Source: the human T2T-CHM13v2.0 reference genome, Homo sapiens. From it: a stretch of 64,000 bases of DNA. The notes beneath the pieces are model-generated. The model was not told where the DNA came from. It saw only the letters and a program-made list of their open reading frames with translations, and did no database searches. Positions 27,960 through 40,120 of this stretch are shown piece after piece (the stretch's first letter is position 1; the number at the start of each line of letters is the position of its first letter). The stretch lies in NCBI RefSeq assembly GCF_009914755.1, contig NC_060931.1. One strand, given 5' to 3'. The position numbers and the translations under genes are program-made.

Positions 27960-28870
27960 TTTTAAAAACTGAAGTCCATACTTTGTTCAGATTTTCTTAG
28001 TTTTCATCTAATGTTCTTTTTCTGTTTCAAAAATCCCATCTAGTATACCATATTACATTTAGTCATCGTGTTTCATTCAGCTCACTCCTCTTGGCTGTGA
28101 CAGTTTCTCAGACTTTCCATTTTTTATGACCTTGACAGTTTTGAGAGGAACTGGTCAGCTATTTTGATGTCCCTCAGTGGGAATTTGCCTGACGTTTTTC
28201 TCATGATTAGACTAGAGTTATGGTTTGAAGGAGTGTGAACACAGAGATAAAGCATCATCCTTATCATGTCATGTCAAGAGTTTGTACTACCCACATGACT
28301 TAGCTCTGTTCACGTTAACCTGATTATCTGACTGAGGTAATGTTTGCTAGGTTTTTCCACTACAAAGTTATTCTTTTATTCCCTCTTTCCATATTGAACT
28401 ACTTGGAAAGGTGTCACCATGTGCCATTCACGCTAAAGTAGTAAGAACTTATGCTCTACCTCCTTGGAGGCAGAGTAGCTACGTAACTGTTTTGGAATTC
28501 TTCTGCATGAGAGATTTGTCTCTTCATCACTATGTATTTATTTATTCAGTCAGTTATTTGCACCATTATGGGCTCATGGATATTTATTTTCTACTTTAGC
28601 TTATAATTCAATATTACTCTATTTATTTAATTGCCCAGATTGCTCCAGCTCTAATCGTTGACTTCAGTGTGTCTTCGACGTACCTTTGTTGTTACTTTTT
28701 TGTTTGCTTGCTTGTTTGTTTTTGAGCACTTCTTACTTTCTGACACTGCAACAGTCTAAGCTTATCTTGTGTATTTCCTGCCCCAACCCTTAAAACAGTC
28801 ATTCCTCCAACAACATGTTTCCTTTTATTGGAGAATGGTATTATAAACCAACATTTTGCACTGGGAGTTT
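27960..28870 (-). mobile_element. L1MC-type 3'UTR fragment
   Basis: ctcttggctgtgacagtttctcagac...atgaccttgacagttttgag...tttctcatgattagact. Confidence 0.6.
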
Positions 28871-30577
28871 TCTGATTTTTAAATTGTTGCAATGTTAATA
28901 TCTTTTAAGGTGTTTCAAGCTGCTGAGCATTTCAGACATTTAGAAATTTCGTAAAATGCAGTAATGAGAGTGTTGTCCCAGACAGACAATAGTCTTGAAA
29001 GCAGTAAAAATGTAAGCACGCATACCCACACATGTATATAGTCAGTTACACTTCAAAAGAAAATGACATAAATGGCATGAACACCTTTTTAAAAAAATCA
29101 TTTAAAAAAACTAGGAGGGAACTTTAGCAAGCCTTCTAAAGTGAACATTTCTTAAAGGATTTATTTCACAAAAGTAAACTCATTGATTTCCTTTTACGCT
29201 TTTTTAAATGGCTAATTTCTTCACAACAAAAATCTTTTCTTTTGCAAAATTTAAGGATAATGTCACTTTCTTGAACCTATGAGTAGCTTAGAAAAATTTA
29301 GGGAGCTCAAAACTCATCACAGATACTATTATGTCTCATTGATCTTTACAACCTCTTGTTGGGCAGAAAGAGGGTAGACATTAGGACAGGAAAGCCTGAT
29401 CCCTAGTATGGGTTTAGGCCATTCATGGAGAGAATGGTTTAGAATTTCTCTGTTGAGTAACATAACATTTTCATTAACCCTTAAAGGCTATGGAGCCAGA
29501 AGCATAGCAAGTAAACACCCATGACCAGCCACTTGAGGTGAAGAGACCAGATTTATTTAGATTTTGTAGCCATGTTGTATAGTTCATTCAGGATCTCAAG
29601 CTTCCGTACATACGATTTCTCTTAAATTTAATTCTGAAAATTAAAATAGTCAACCCAGTAAACATCTACTAAGTGTCTACTATAATCAGTGTTAGAAACA
29701 ATAAGGTGACTGTTTCTTGTCCTTAAAGAACAATCATAGATAAAATTAATTATGGGTGCTGTGGTACTGTTCCATAGATCTCCTACATGAAGAGTGCAGA
29801 GTAAGGAATTGGTTAATGCAACTTGAGAAATTTGGGAAAAGATAGAGGAATTTGCAATGATTAACTTATATCCAACTAATCTTGTAGTGGAATCAAGTAT
29901 AGACCCTAATTTATCATCAATAAGCTAAAAATGTACTCATGAACATAATACTATGCACTAATCCTGATAAAGGATGGATACAGGTAAATACTTTGTTATT
30001 TAATAGGGATTTTATAATTTAGTTGTGAAAAGAAGGGTAATACAAATGAACAGTGAACAGATAAAATATCCTCACATATTATATTATAAAGGAATATTAT
30101 GAATTACTAAAAAATTAAACACCTTTAGTACTTCACCTTAAAGGAAAAAAACTCAGGAAATCATCCTTGTTGTATCCTTATGGAATATGATAGTTTAATA
30201 TCGTGAATAAGTAAATGAGGCTTGGCTTTTGTAGCTTTGTATTCTAGAAGCTCTTGGACATGTTTTTTTCCAAACTATACTTTATAAATCTGTTCTGCCT
30301 CAAATTAATGTGTAAGTGTTTACAGAAAATTTCCAATATGTAAAGCACTGGAATCTCCCATTTGTTTGTATAATTTAAGCACAATGAATTATTAACTTTG
30401 TTCTTCTCATGTTTATTTCTCTTCTTTTATCCTTACCAGCTAAGAACCAAAATTATATTTATTTCCTCTTTAAAAAACTAATGTTTTTCTTACTATTATT
30501 CTATTTTTAACTTATAGAATAGAATTTCAATATACTTGCTTTTGATTTAATTATAATTGTTTGCTGTTCACATGCAG

Positions 30578-30810
30578 TTATTCACTGATTCACTCATTTA
30601 TACATTTTATAAATATGTGGCAAATGCTTTACATTTCAGTCACTATTGTAGGTACTGAGAATTTAGCAGTAAACAAAATAGATATAGTCTCTGCCATCAT
30701 GGAGCAGATTTTCAAATTGGGGGAACCATAATAAACAAATACAGAAAAATATATATATATATAATCTGTGAGATGGTGGTAAACACTGTGGAGAAGAATA
30801 AAGCAGGAAG
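30578..30810 (-). mobile_element. L2 3' end
   Basis: attcactcattt...gcagtaaacaaaatagat...ctgccatcatggagc...gtggagaagaataaagcagg. Confidence 0.6.
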
Positions 30811-31929
30811 AGACTTAATATTCTTAGATTTTTATTACGTGTGCCAGAAAATTAAAGTTGTCCTTCCTTGAGAATAAACAGCATTTGATGCTAATATGAA
30901 CGATGCTATCTCAGATTTCTCTGTTGTTCTCTGGATTAAATTACGGATCTTGCAGATGTTATCAGCGAAGGAGGTCATTTGTGAGCCAGGAAATGAGTGT
31001 TTGCTTTATGGCAGCCTGTCTATGAGAAACTGGAAATATTCTAAAGGCAGCTTCACTCCTTAGGGCAGATGCTTCATTTTAAAACCAAACAAAACAAAAA
31101 CCTCTAAAAATTGCTCTTACTTTTAACATGAACAGATGTTAGCTGGTTTCTGAGAACACTTAGAGAAGGATAAAAACTATAGTCAGTGCCATTTTATATC
31201 TGAATTAATTGATCTGGACCCTGACGTCTCCTTCCAAAATTGTCTGAGAAGTTTTCATCTTTTCCAGAGATAACACTATGAAGGCATGATAGTGATTCGT
31301 GTTATCAGCAGCTTTGCTTCCATGTGTTTGGGAGGTGCCTGTAGGTTTTTCACATTCTGAGATGGGGACTGGAGCATCCACATCCTGTTTTCCTAGAATT
31401 ATGCCCTATGACCTTTCTATTTAAGACCTTGGTAAGCCTGATCAGGAAGTTCTGGTTTCTCCGCAACAGGGAAAGAAATAATTTTAATTGTTAAAAAAAA
31501 AAAAACTAAGAAAGTTTTAAGGATATATTTTCAAAAATAGGTAGAGGCCAAGTACATATTTCTAGTTCCTGAGTACCTGCGAGGTAAGTACTAGCTCCTT
31601 TTATATAGGAAGATTTAACTTTGATTACCAGTGGTATTGCCAATAGTATGATGGGGCACGATACTCAGGTGAGGGTCTAGGGATACCTGAGTTATACCTG
31701 CTGTAGTTATTTCTTCCTCTGAGCTTCCAAAGACAAACAGATGTACCAGACAGTGAGAGAGAAAGGCTAGAGCTGGATAATTTCTGTGTCTGTTTCCTCA
31801 CTTGTAAAGCACATGTAATAACATGTAATAATTGTTTCTACTCCACAGGGTTGTTGGAAATATTACATAAATTAATACATGTAAGGCATCAATAGCTAAA
31901 TTTCTTTGTTGCTTCCCTGTTTTCAAAGG

Positions 31930-32160
31930 AGATAATGGTGTAATGTTCAAGAACATGGCCACTAGAGCTAGTTGTTTGTATCCAAATTCTCTTCCCACCA
32001 CTAACTGGAACGGCGAAGTTGGGCAAGTTATTTAACCTTTCTGTGCCTGTAAAAAATAGAATAATCATATCAAATAGATTGTTGTATAGGATAAATGAGA
32101 TAATACAAATATGTGGAACAATATTTGGCACATTGTAAGTTCTGAAGAACTATTAGCTGT
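31930..32160 (+). mobile_element. MIR
   Basis: ttgggcaagttatttaacctttctgtgcct...ggataaatgagataatac...ggcacattgtaag. Confidence 0.7.
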
Positions 32161-32989
32161 TCACATCATTGTTACTACTACTTCTACTACTAATTTATTT
32201 GTAGTGGCTTTGGCCCCCAAATCCTAATGCAGTATTCTAAAGAGCAAGGCTAAATCATATAGAGTTGTCCTTTTCCCCATGCAAGGAGAACCTAAAAAGT
32301 CACCACCCAAATTGACCAGGGGCTTTGCCTGTTTTCAGCTAACACAAATCTGATGTCTTAGCACTTCTTACTCTAACGTCAACCTTCTCAGTGCAGAAAA
32401 GGCACATCGAGAAAGACATAAACAATGAGCATTTACTCCAGTGCTTAGAAAGAGCCTGTCCTAGGCCATTTACAAGTATGGCAACAGCCTTGAGACAGGC
32501 TCAACATGGAAAAAAGTGTAACGAGAGAGTGTGAATGAAAAAGAGATGAGGCAAGGCCCAGGTAGGAGCAGATTCTGGGCCACTTTTGCACTCCAACTGG
32601 GAAGAAGAGATGGAAGGAAAAAAAAGATGATCAGAGACCACTCTTGATTTTTCCAGGCTCTGAAAGGAAGGAACCCTAAGAGGCTAAGTTGCAGCCCTTG
32701 CCACCTTTAATGTAACCAACAAAATGTCCTTGGAATTGAATGACCTTCCCCAATCTTATGGAATAGCATGATAAATATAGAGATCAAAGGGTATATTCAA
32801 ACATCCCTCTAGGGCCAATTAACTAAATAGCAGTTTACCTAATGTTATCTTAATAAAACCAATTTATCTAATGAACAACTCTAATTCATTAAAAGCTAAT
32901 ACATGGAACATCAATTTGTCAAATGGCCAACTCATGGAAACCTGGAACACTCTATTTTATGCCAGGTCTAGGATGGTGTGCTGCTACCA

Positions 32990-33283
32990 GAGACAGAGCC
33001 CAAGCAGAGTTAGGGCCAGGTGTGGGGGTAAGAGACCATGGCAAACTGGAGAACATGTTGGAAGTGGCTCCAGCCAGTCACTGCCTTGTAGGATATGGAC
33101 CCAGTGTTACCAGAGCTTCCAAGTTTTCAAATAAAGGCTGAAATTGGAATTTTCTATGTGAATTGTGCTGACATTTGCATTTTGGCAAATACTTAAAACA
33201 AAAACAAAACAAACGCTGTGCAGGCCAAATGTATCCCGTCTGAGGGCTTGACTTGCCTGTGTGCTTTTAGTTTGCAATCTCTG
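32990..33283 (-). mobile_element. MER102-like hAT element
   Basis: tggcaaactggag...cccagtgttaccaga...tttctatgtgaa...ctgtgcaggccaaa...agtttgcaatctctg. Confidence 0.55.
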
Positions 33284-34009
33284 CTGGAGACCTTGGGCAT
33301 TTGCCTCCTAAATGCTCATGCTTTCAGCTGTGAAATTTGGCTCCAAAGCCCCGCAATATATAGTAATTTGTAATTGTGCTGAGGTACAAATTTGTATCCC
33401 AAATGCTCCAACGCTAACTTCTCAATGTGATTTACTTAGCTAGTGAAAGCACTTTGATCTCTGCCCAGTTTCTACATTTCAATGTGGCTTTAGGGTTTCT
33501 TTAACTAAATTTTAATACATAGTAGCTCTCATGAAACAAGTGAAACTTCATTAAAAAAAGAAAAAGGGCTTTGGAAAGCAGGAGAGGGAGCTGACTTCTA
33601 ATGTTGGAAATAGAAATGAAGACAAAGTGAAAAGGTCTACTAAATGTTTAACTAGGAAATAGCTTTGGGGACATTGAAGTGGGATTCAATGCGGGTAACA
33701 GTGGGAGTTTTGAGAGGAAACAATCGGCATTTTTAGACCGTGCTAGCAAGCATTTGGGAAGAAGGTGTATGAAGATATTACTTGAAATTTCAGTTACACT
33801 TTACTTCATTTTAAGAGGAGATTTGTGGACTATACAGTATTTTTAAATTATTAATTTAAAATATTAATTAAATATCTTTGAGGGATGAGGTGGTCACCCT
33901 TATGAATGGCAAAAAGCTGTGTAATGCTTTGTAAGTTATCTTACTTTCTCCTACTTTGTTTTTAATGTTTAGACCCCTCAAAGAGATTGCTGAGAGCAGT
34001 GACTTTCTG

Positions 34010-34010
<1 letters not shown>

Positions 34011-34040
<30 letters not shown>
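34011..34040 (+). repeat. Isolated T30 homopolymer
   Basis: 30 consecutive T with no adjacent Alu or L1 body. Confidence 0.9.
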
Positions 34041-34043
<3 letters not shown>

Positions 34044-36184
34044 ATTTACTTTCATACTTTGAGTACAATGTTCTGTTCACAGAAGGTTCTTTATAAATTC
34101 AATGCTTTGAATTATTTAAATGTGTCTTCCCATTTTAAACATTTATAGCTTAAATATATATTTCTATCAACTCTAGAATTTATGCATGTGCCTTGAATAG
34201 TGAAGAAGGGTACGCTTTAGACGTAGAGGAATATAAAACTTACTCTGAGACCAAAACACTGCAGGTCATGATTTGAAATCCCTCTGTGCATATCCTTATC
34301 TTCTTAAAATATTTAGTTGGGAATCATATGACAGGAGGTTTCTTCTAGGGTTCTAGTATTTCCTGGGCTAGAAATGATATAGAATGAAACAGTCTTTGTG
34401 TTTTGCTTTGAATCCAAATCAAAAAGTTTGGGATGAAAAAGCCAGGTGCACTTTTAAAATAAAGTATTGGATTCATCATATAGTATTTGGTTTTGTCTAT
34501 AGGAATCTATGGGAACTTTTCTTGAAAGTGAGAGTGTATGGAGCAGGGTAGATCTTACAAGCCTAAGGCCTGATGGTTGCTGCACGATGAGATTTCTCTC
34601 ATCCCCAAATCAACTGCTGCACCTCTCCTTGCTCCTTTGCCTTATTGTGCTGTCTTCCAGCATCTTGAGATACATCAAGCAAACAGAGAAGTTCTAGGAT
34701 AAGAGCTTGAGTTCAATTGCCTGGATTCCTTGTTTGGCAGACAGGTTTCCCTTCCAACAACAGGACAATTAAAAACAGAGGAACCAGTAGCCCAGACAAC
34801 ACAAGATTTGTGAAACTGAAAATGACTTGATTGGTGGGGAGTGAAATTTCATTTCTAATTTTCATAGATCCCTCTTCCTTATTAATACTTTTCTCATAAA
34901 GCCTTTCTTTGGAAATATTATGCTTGTCAAGTGAGAAATTCTTTTGAAAAATTTGAAAAGCGAGGTATTTAAAGAAGTTGGTTACTTTGTAGCCTTTTAG
35001 AAGCTACTAGACCTAATGCAGGAGATGACTGGTGAGGTCTGGCATAAATAATTACTCAGAATATTTATCTCAGGACTGATCAACAAAAGAGAGAATGTAT
35101 ACAGAAATTGTTTGTTTTTTAAATTGGATTTTCATCCAAAATGAGGACTATTTCCTAAGTAATACCAATTCATTTAGACATTACCCAGAGGGGTTTTTTC
35201 CTGGTTATTTTTGAGATACCTATTTCTATATTATCTTTGAATAACATTAAAAATTGAAATACATTTCTTCTGTTGCTTTTATTGTTGTTTTTTCTCCATG
35301 AGGTAATGTGTTTACCATGCTCTCAAGGGGTAGTTATTCATGCATTAGTCAAGAAATATTTTTAAAGCACCAATTATATGTAGGGCATGTGATCTATATC
35401 TATATGTAGATATAGATATATAGATATATAGCAATATATATAAATCAAAGTGAATAAAGAAAAATAAACCCATGTATACACACAAATGTTAATTTTAAAA
35501 TGTTTAGAGATTAGGCAAGAATGTACCCTTCTGAGATTATTTTGGCAAGTTACTATGATTTATTGGCAAATAGCTTCGTCCTTGGTGAAATAGCTGAAAT
35601 ATCATTTGCTTTCGTCTGTGTTATACTCCATAGTTTGAACTGAACTCTGCTATGTATAACTATATTACAAATTTCTTTTATGCAAAATCTGTCGTTTTTA
35701 TTTTCATTGAATTTAATTTTCTCTCTATTACAACACTTTCTTTTATGGAACATCACAAAAGTAAATTTGATGTTTGACGAGTAAATCTATGAAAAACAGT
35801 GGGAAGACCTAAGCCCAGAACAAAATATTTGATGTTTTCACTTCTTATCATTATTTGACTTCACAGCTTTCTTCTATCTTAAAAGATTTTATTATTTTTT
35901 CTCCCAAATCTACAAAAAAAGACTTTATTAATTTTTAAAATAAGTGATTTAAGGTATTCTAATTTCAATCTTTTAAATGAATTTTATAATGTCTTTTAAA
36001 TGAATTTTATAATATGTATAATATAGACAATTACATTTTCTATAGAATAAAATACTAAATATAAAAATACTAGAACTTCCAAAATTTAAAAAGTTGAATT
36101 TTAGTTATTTTACTGACATTTTGTCTTAAGTATATTTGAGATCATTTACTTGTGTTTCAGAATTTAAATAATTACATTTTTTAA

Positions 36185-36625
<441 letters not shown>

Positions 36626-37017
36626 TGAAGTGTTGCTTAATCTGACCACTTGTTCACCGAAGTGGTAAAGTCTTTATTTTTTAGATGCCTTTTCTAATTT
36701 TTTTTCTAACTTAAGTTGGTATCATAAGTTACAATAAAATTTATAAAATTTCTAATTACATTTTAAAATTGACATTTAGTACTTACTCTTTATATCGTGT
36801 GAACTTTTGTAAATGGTTTTAGAAAACTTAACTAAAAAAATCCAATGTTTACCATGTGCTAATCACTGTGCTGGAAAATTTACATATTGTTGATACCTAT
36901 AACGAATCTGTACGAAAAGTGACAAATCCAATAGCTCTTATACAGTCCCTAACTGGAGATGGAGTATTGTACCCAGATCACTTGATATTCCTACAATTCG
37001 CCATCTAGATAGCACCT

Positions 37018-37050
37018 TTCTTCTTCTTCTTCTTCTTCTTCTTCTTCTTC
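37018..37050 (+). repeat. (TTC)11 / (GAA)11 repeat at an Alu tail
   Basis: 11 perfect TTC units directly followed by the T13 tail of the AluY. Confidence 0.95.
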
Positions 37051-37311
37051 TTTTTTTTTTTTTGAGACGTAATCTTGCTCCATCGCCCAGGCTGGAGTGC
37101 AGTGGCGCGATCTCGGCTTACTGCAAGCTCCGCCTCCTGGGTTCACGCCATTCTCCTGCCTCAGCCTCCGGTGGTAGCGGGCGCCCGTAGTCCCACGCCC
37201 GGCTAATTTTTTTGCATTTTTTAGTGGAGATGGGGTTTCACCGTGTTAGCCAGGATGGTCTCGATTTCCTGACTTCGCGATCCGCCCGCTTCGGCCTCCC
37301 AAACTGCTGGG
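37051..37311 (-). mobile_element. AluY, slightly 5'-truncated, with an internal micro-inversion
   Basis: Y diagnostics gcaagctccgcc, ttcacgccattctcc and accgtgttagccaggatggtctcgat; CpG-rich. TSD gata(g/a)c(a/t)cctttcttct at 37008 and 37312. Confidence 0.92.
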
Positions 37312-37429
37312 GATAACTCCTTTCTTCTAACTCTTCACTTTTTTGGCATTTGGGCTGAGCACACGCTTTTGTGACTCCATGTACATTTCTGGCCATTCCT
37401 CCTCTGTTTTCTTTACAACCAACTTTTCT

Positions 37430-38430
37430 CTGCCCATTCTTTGAATCCCTGTGTTCCCTAACTCCAATCCTGAAATTTCAACAACCATTTGTAGTTGAGA
37501 TTCCGAAATCTACCTAGGTACAGAGCACGTTTCCAGGCTTCAGGCTTGAATATGCAACAGGCTGCTGAACATCTGCACCTGGATGTCCCACAGACATATC
37601 AAACTCAACCTGGCGAAAACTGACTCATTCTTTTCCTCAGTAAATTCTCTCCTGCTCTTGTGTTCAGAAGCTTCAGCGCTTCTGTTTTGTTTGTTGTAAG
37701 CAGAATCACCCAGTCTGTCATCTCCCAAGATAGAAATTACCCATTTTGTCATCTCCTAAGATAGAAGGGCCATCACCCTTGAGCCCTTCCTTCCTCTTCC
37801 TTGGCATTGACCTTCTATTAATTGCCAATACTACTGAATTTAACCTCTTAACGTTTTTTTTTCTTCTGTTCTTGTTTTTGTTTTGTTTTTTTGAGACAAA
37901 GTCTCCCTCTGACACCCAGGCTGGGGTGCAATGGCGTGATCTCACCTCACTGCAACCTCTGCCTCCCAGGTTCAAGCAATTATCGGGCCTCAGCCACCAA
38001 GTAGCTGGGATTACACATGTGTACCACCACGCCTGGCTAATTTTTATATTTTTAGTAGAGACGGGGTTTTGCTGTGTTGACCAGGCTGGTCTTGAACTCC
38101 TGGCCTCATGTGATCTACCTGCCTCGGCCTCCCAAAGTTCTGGGATTACAGGCCTGAGCCACCATGCCAGGCCTATCTCTAAACATTTCTCACATCTGTC
38201 ATCTATTCTCTGTATTTACTACCTTTATTCTGGTCAGATAATCATCATCTCTTACCTGGTTTATTGCTAAATCTTGCTCAATGGTTTTTCTGAAGCAAAT
38301 ATTTTACCCCTGAAATCTATCCTACTCAGTTTTGAGATGAAAAATATAAAATGGTGAACTAGCCTTTTTACATCTATGCTTACAATCTTGAATGGCTTCT
38401 CATCAACCCTAGAATAAAGTCTTAATATTT
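37430..38430 (+). mobile_element. L2 fragment, interrupted by an Alu
   Basis: ctgaacatctgcacctggatgtcccacagacatatcaaactcaac...catcatctcttacctgg. Confidence 0.55.
37854..38173 (-). mobile_element. AluS (Sz/Sx-like)
   Basis: Full-length antisense Alu with a patterned T tail and a degenerate TSD. Confidence 0.9.
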
Positions 38431-38434
38431 GCTT

Positions 38435-38930
38435 TGTATTAGGCTTCCAGGAAGAATCAAATGCCATACTCATAAAGATGTATCTGAAGACAAACTAATA
38501 AAGAAACTATTTACAGAGGTTTTGGCAGGGAAAAAGAAACTAAAAGGCCTAGTGAGGCACTTGGGAACTAGCAACATTATAAAAGTTTCACTACACTGGG
38601 TCGTAAGAGGGATGTGTAGAAGGAAGGGCATAGCTAGAATCCAATGAGAGCTGCAACCAAGAAGGAGGTGTCCTTGGAAAGGTGTGGTAAACTTAGGGGA
38701 GTGTAGCTTTTGCCATATCACAGACCTGCAGAGAGGGAGCCTTGGGGATAAACACCCCACCTCTCTCTACTGCTACCCTCCAATCTCTTGCCAGTGCCTC
38801 CCATTGGTCCGAGCTAACTGCTGGTCAAAGGGCAAGAGATTCTCTGTGATGCCACGCACAAACGTCAGCCTCCTGGGGGACAGAGCAGGTGGCAGAGACC
38901 TGGAGGGCCAAGTGGTGAATATTTAGCACA
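38435..38930 (-). mobile_element. LTR33-like solo LTR (ERVL)
   Basis: TG...CA ends; gtgcctcccattgg...agggcaagaga...tcagcctcctgggg...ctggagggc...atatttagcaca. Confidence 0.65.
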
Positions 38931-39124
38931 ATAAGCTATTCAAGGTTTTTTGTGAGTGGCTTTTGCCTAACAATACCCTTTTCTTATCTGTTTCTAACTG
39001 GGTGTCATGCTGCAAGTGATATGAAACTGCTTACTGTTCCCTAAATGCCTGTGCTGTTTTGTCACATACCTTTATTCTTACTGTTTTGTCTGCCTGGAAT
39101 GCTCTTTCTCAGTCCTCTTTGCCT

Positions 39125-39332
39125 CAGTGATTTTCAACCAGGGAAAGATTCTGTCTCTTCTAGTAATATTTGGCGATGTCTAGAGATAGTTTTGGTTTTG
39201 TCACATCTGGGGGGATGTTTGGTACTGGCATCTATAGGTTAAAGCCAAGGATGCTGCTAAATATTGTATAATGCCCACAACAAATACTTGTGTGGCCAAA
39301 TATGTTCATAGTGGCAAGGTTGAGAAACCTTG
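39125..39332 (+). mobile_element. MER20
   Basis: cagtgattttcaacc...tactggcatcta...aggatgctgctaaa...aggttgagaaaccttg. Confidence 0.8.
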
Positions 39333-39393
39333 ATGTGTTCCCTTGCCTTAAAATCAGCTGCTTAAATCTGTTACACTCAGCACCACTATCACC

Positions 39394-39600
39394 TCAAAAG
39401 CTCCAAAGCTTCTGTTTTGTTGGTTATAAGTGGAATCACCCACTCTGTCATCTCCTAAAATAGAAATCTGGCCTTCATCCTTGAGCCCTTCCTCTTCCTT
39501 GTCATTTACAATTGCAAATACTATGGGATTTATCCTCTAAATATTTCTCAGATCTGTTATCTATTCTCTGTACTTACAACCTTTATTCTGCTTACCTGGA
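39394..39600 (+). repeat. Local duplicate of 37664-38259 without the Alu
   Basis: About 85-90% identical in aligned blocks. Confidence 0.85.
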
Positions 39601-39767
39601 TTTTAGGCAGGGCTTCCTTGCCTTTCTCTCGCTATATACTCATACAAATCCTCATTCATATCTCAAATTCTATACTTATCACATGGTTTATTTTTTTCTT
39701 TGTCGTCCGCAAATGCACATCAGGCTTCACCAGCTAATGAGGACAAATGAGGTCACATTGGCATTAG

Positions 39768-40097
<330 letters not shown>

Positions 40098-40120
40098 ACA
40101 GGTTGTCTTAAGTAGCTTTC

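Noticed and set aside
34011-34040. T30 as an orphan retrotransposed poly(A)
   Set aside because: No TSD flanks it; slippage is the simpler explanation.
35392-35417. 11-bp-arm hairpin atctatatcta/tagatatagat
   Set aside because: Low-complexity TA-rich sequence where such palindromes are common.
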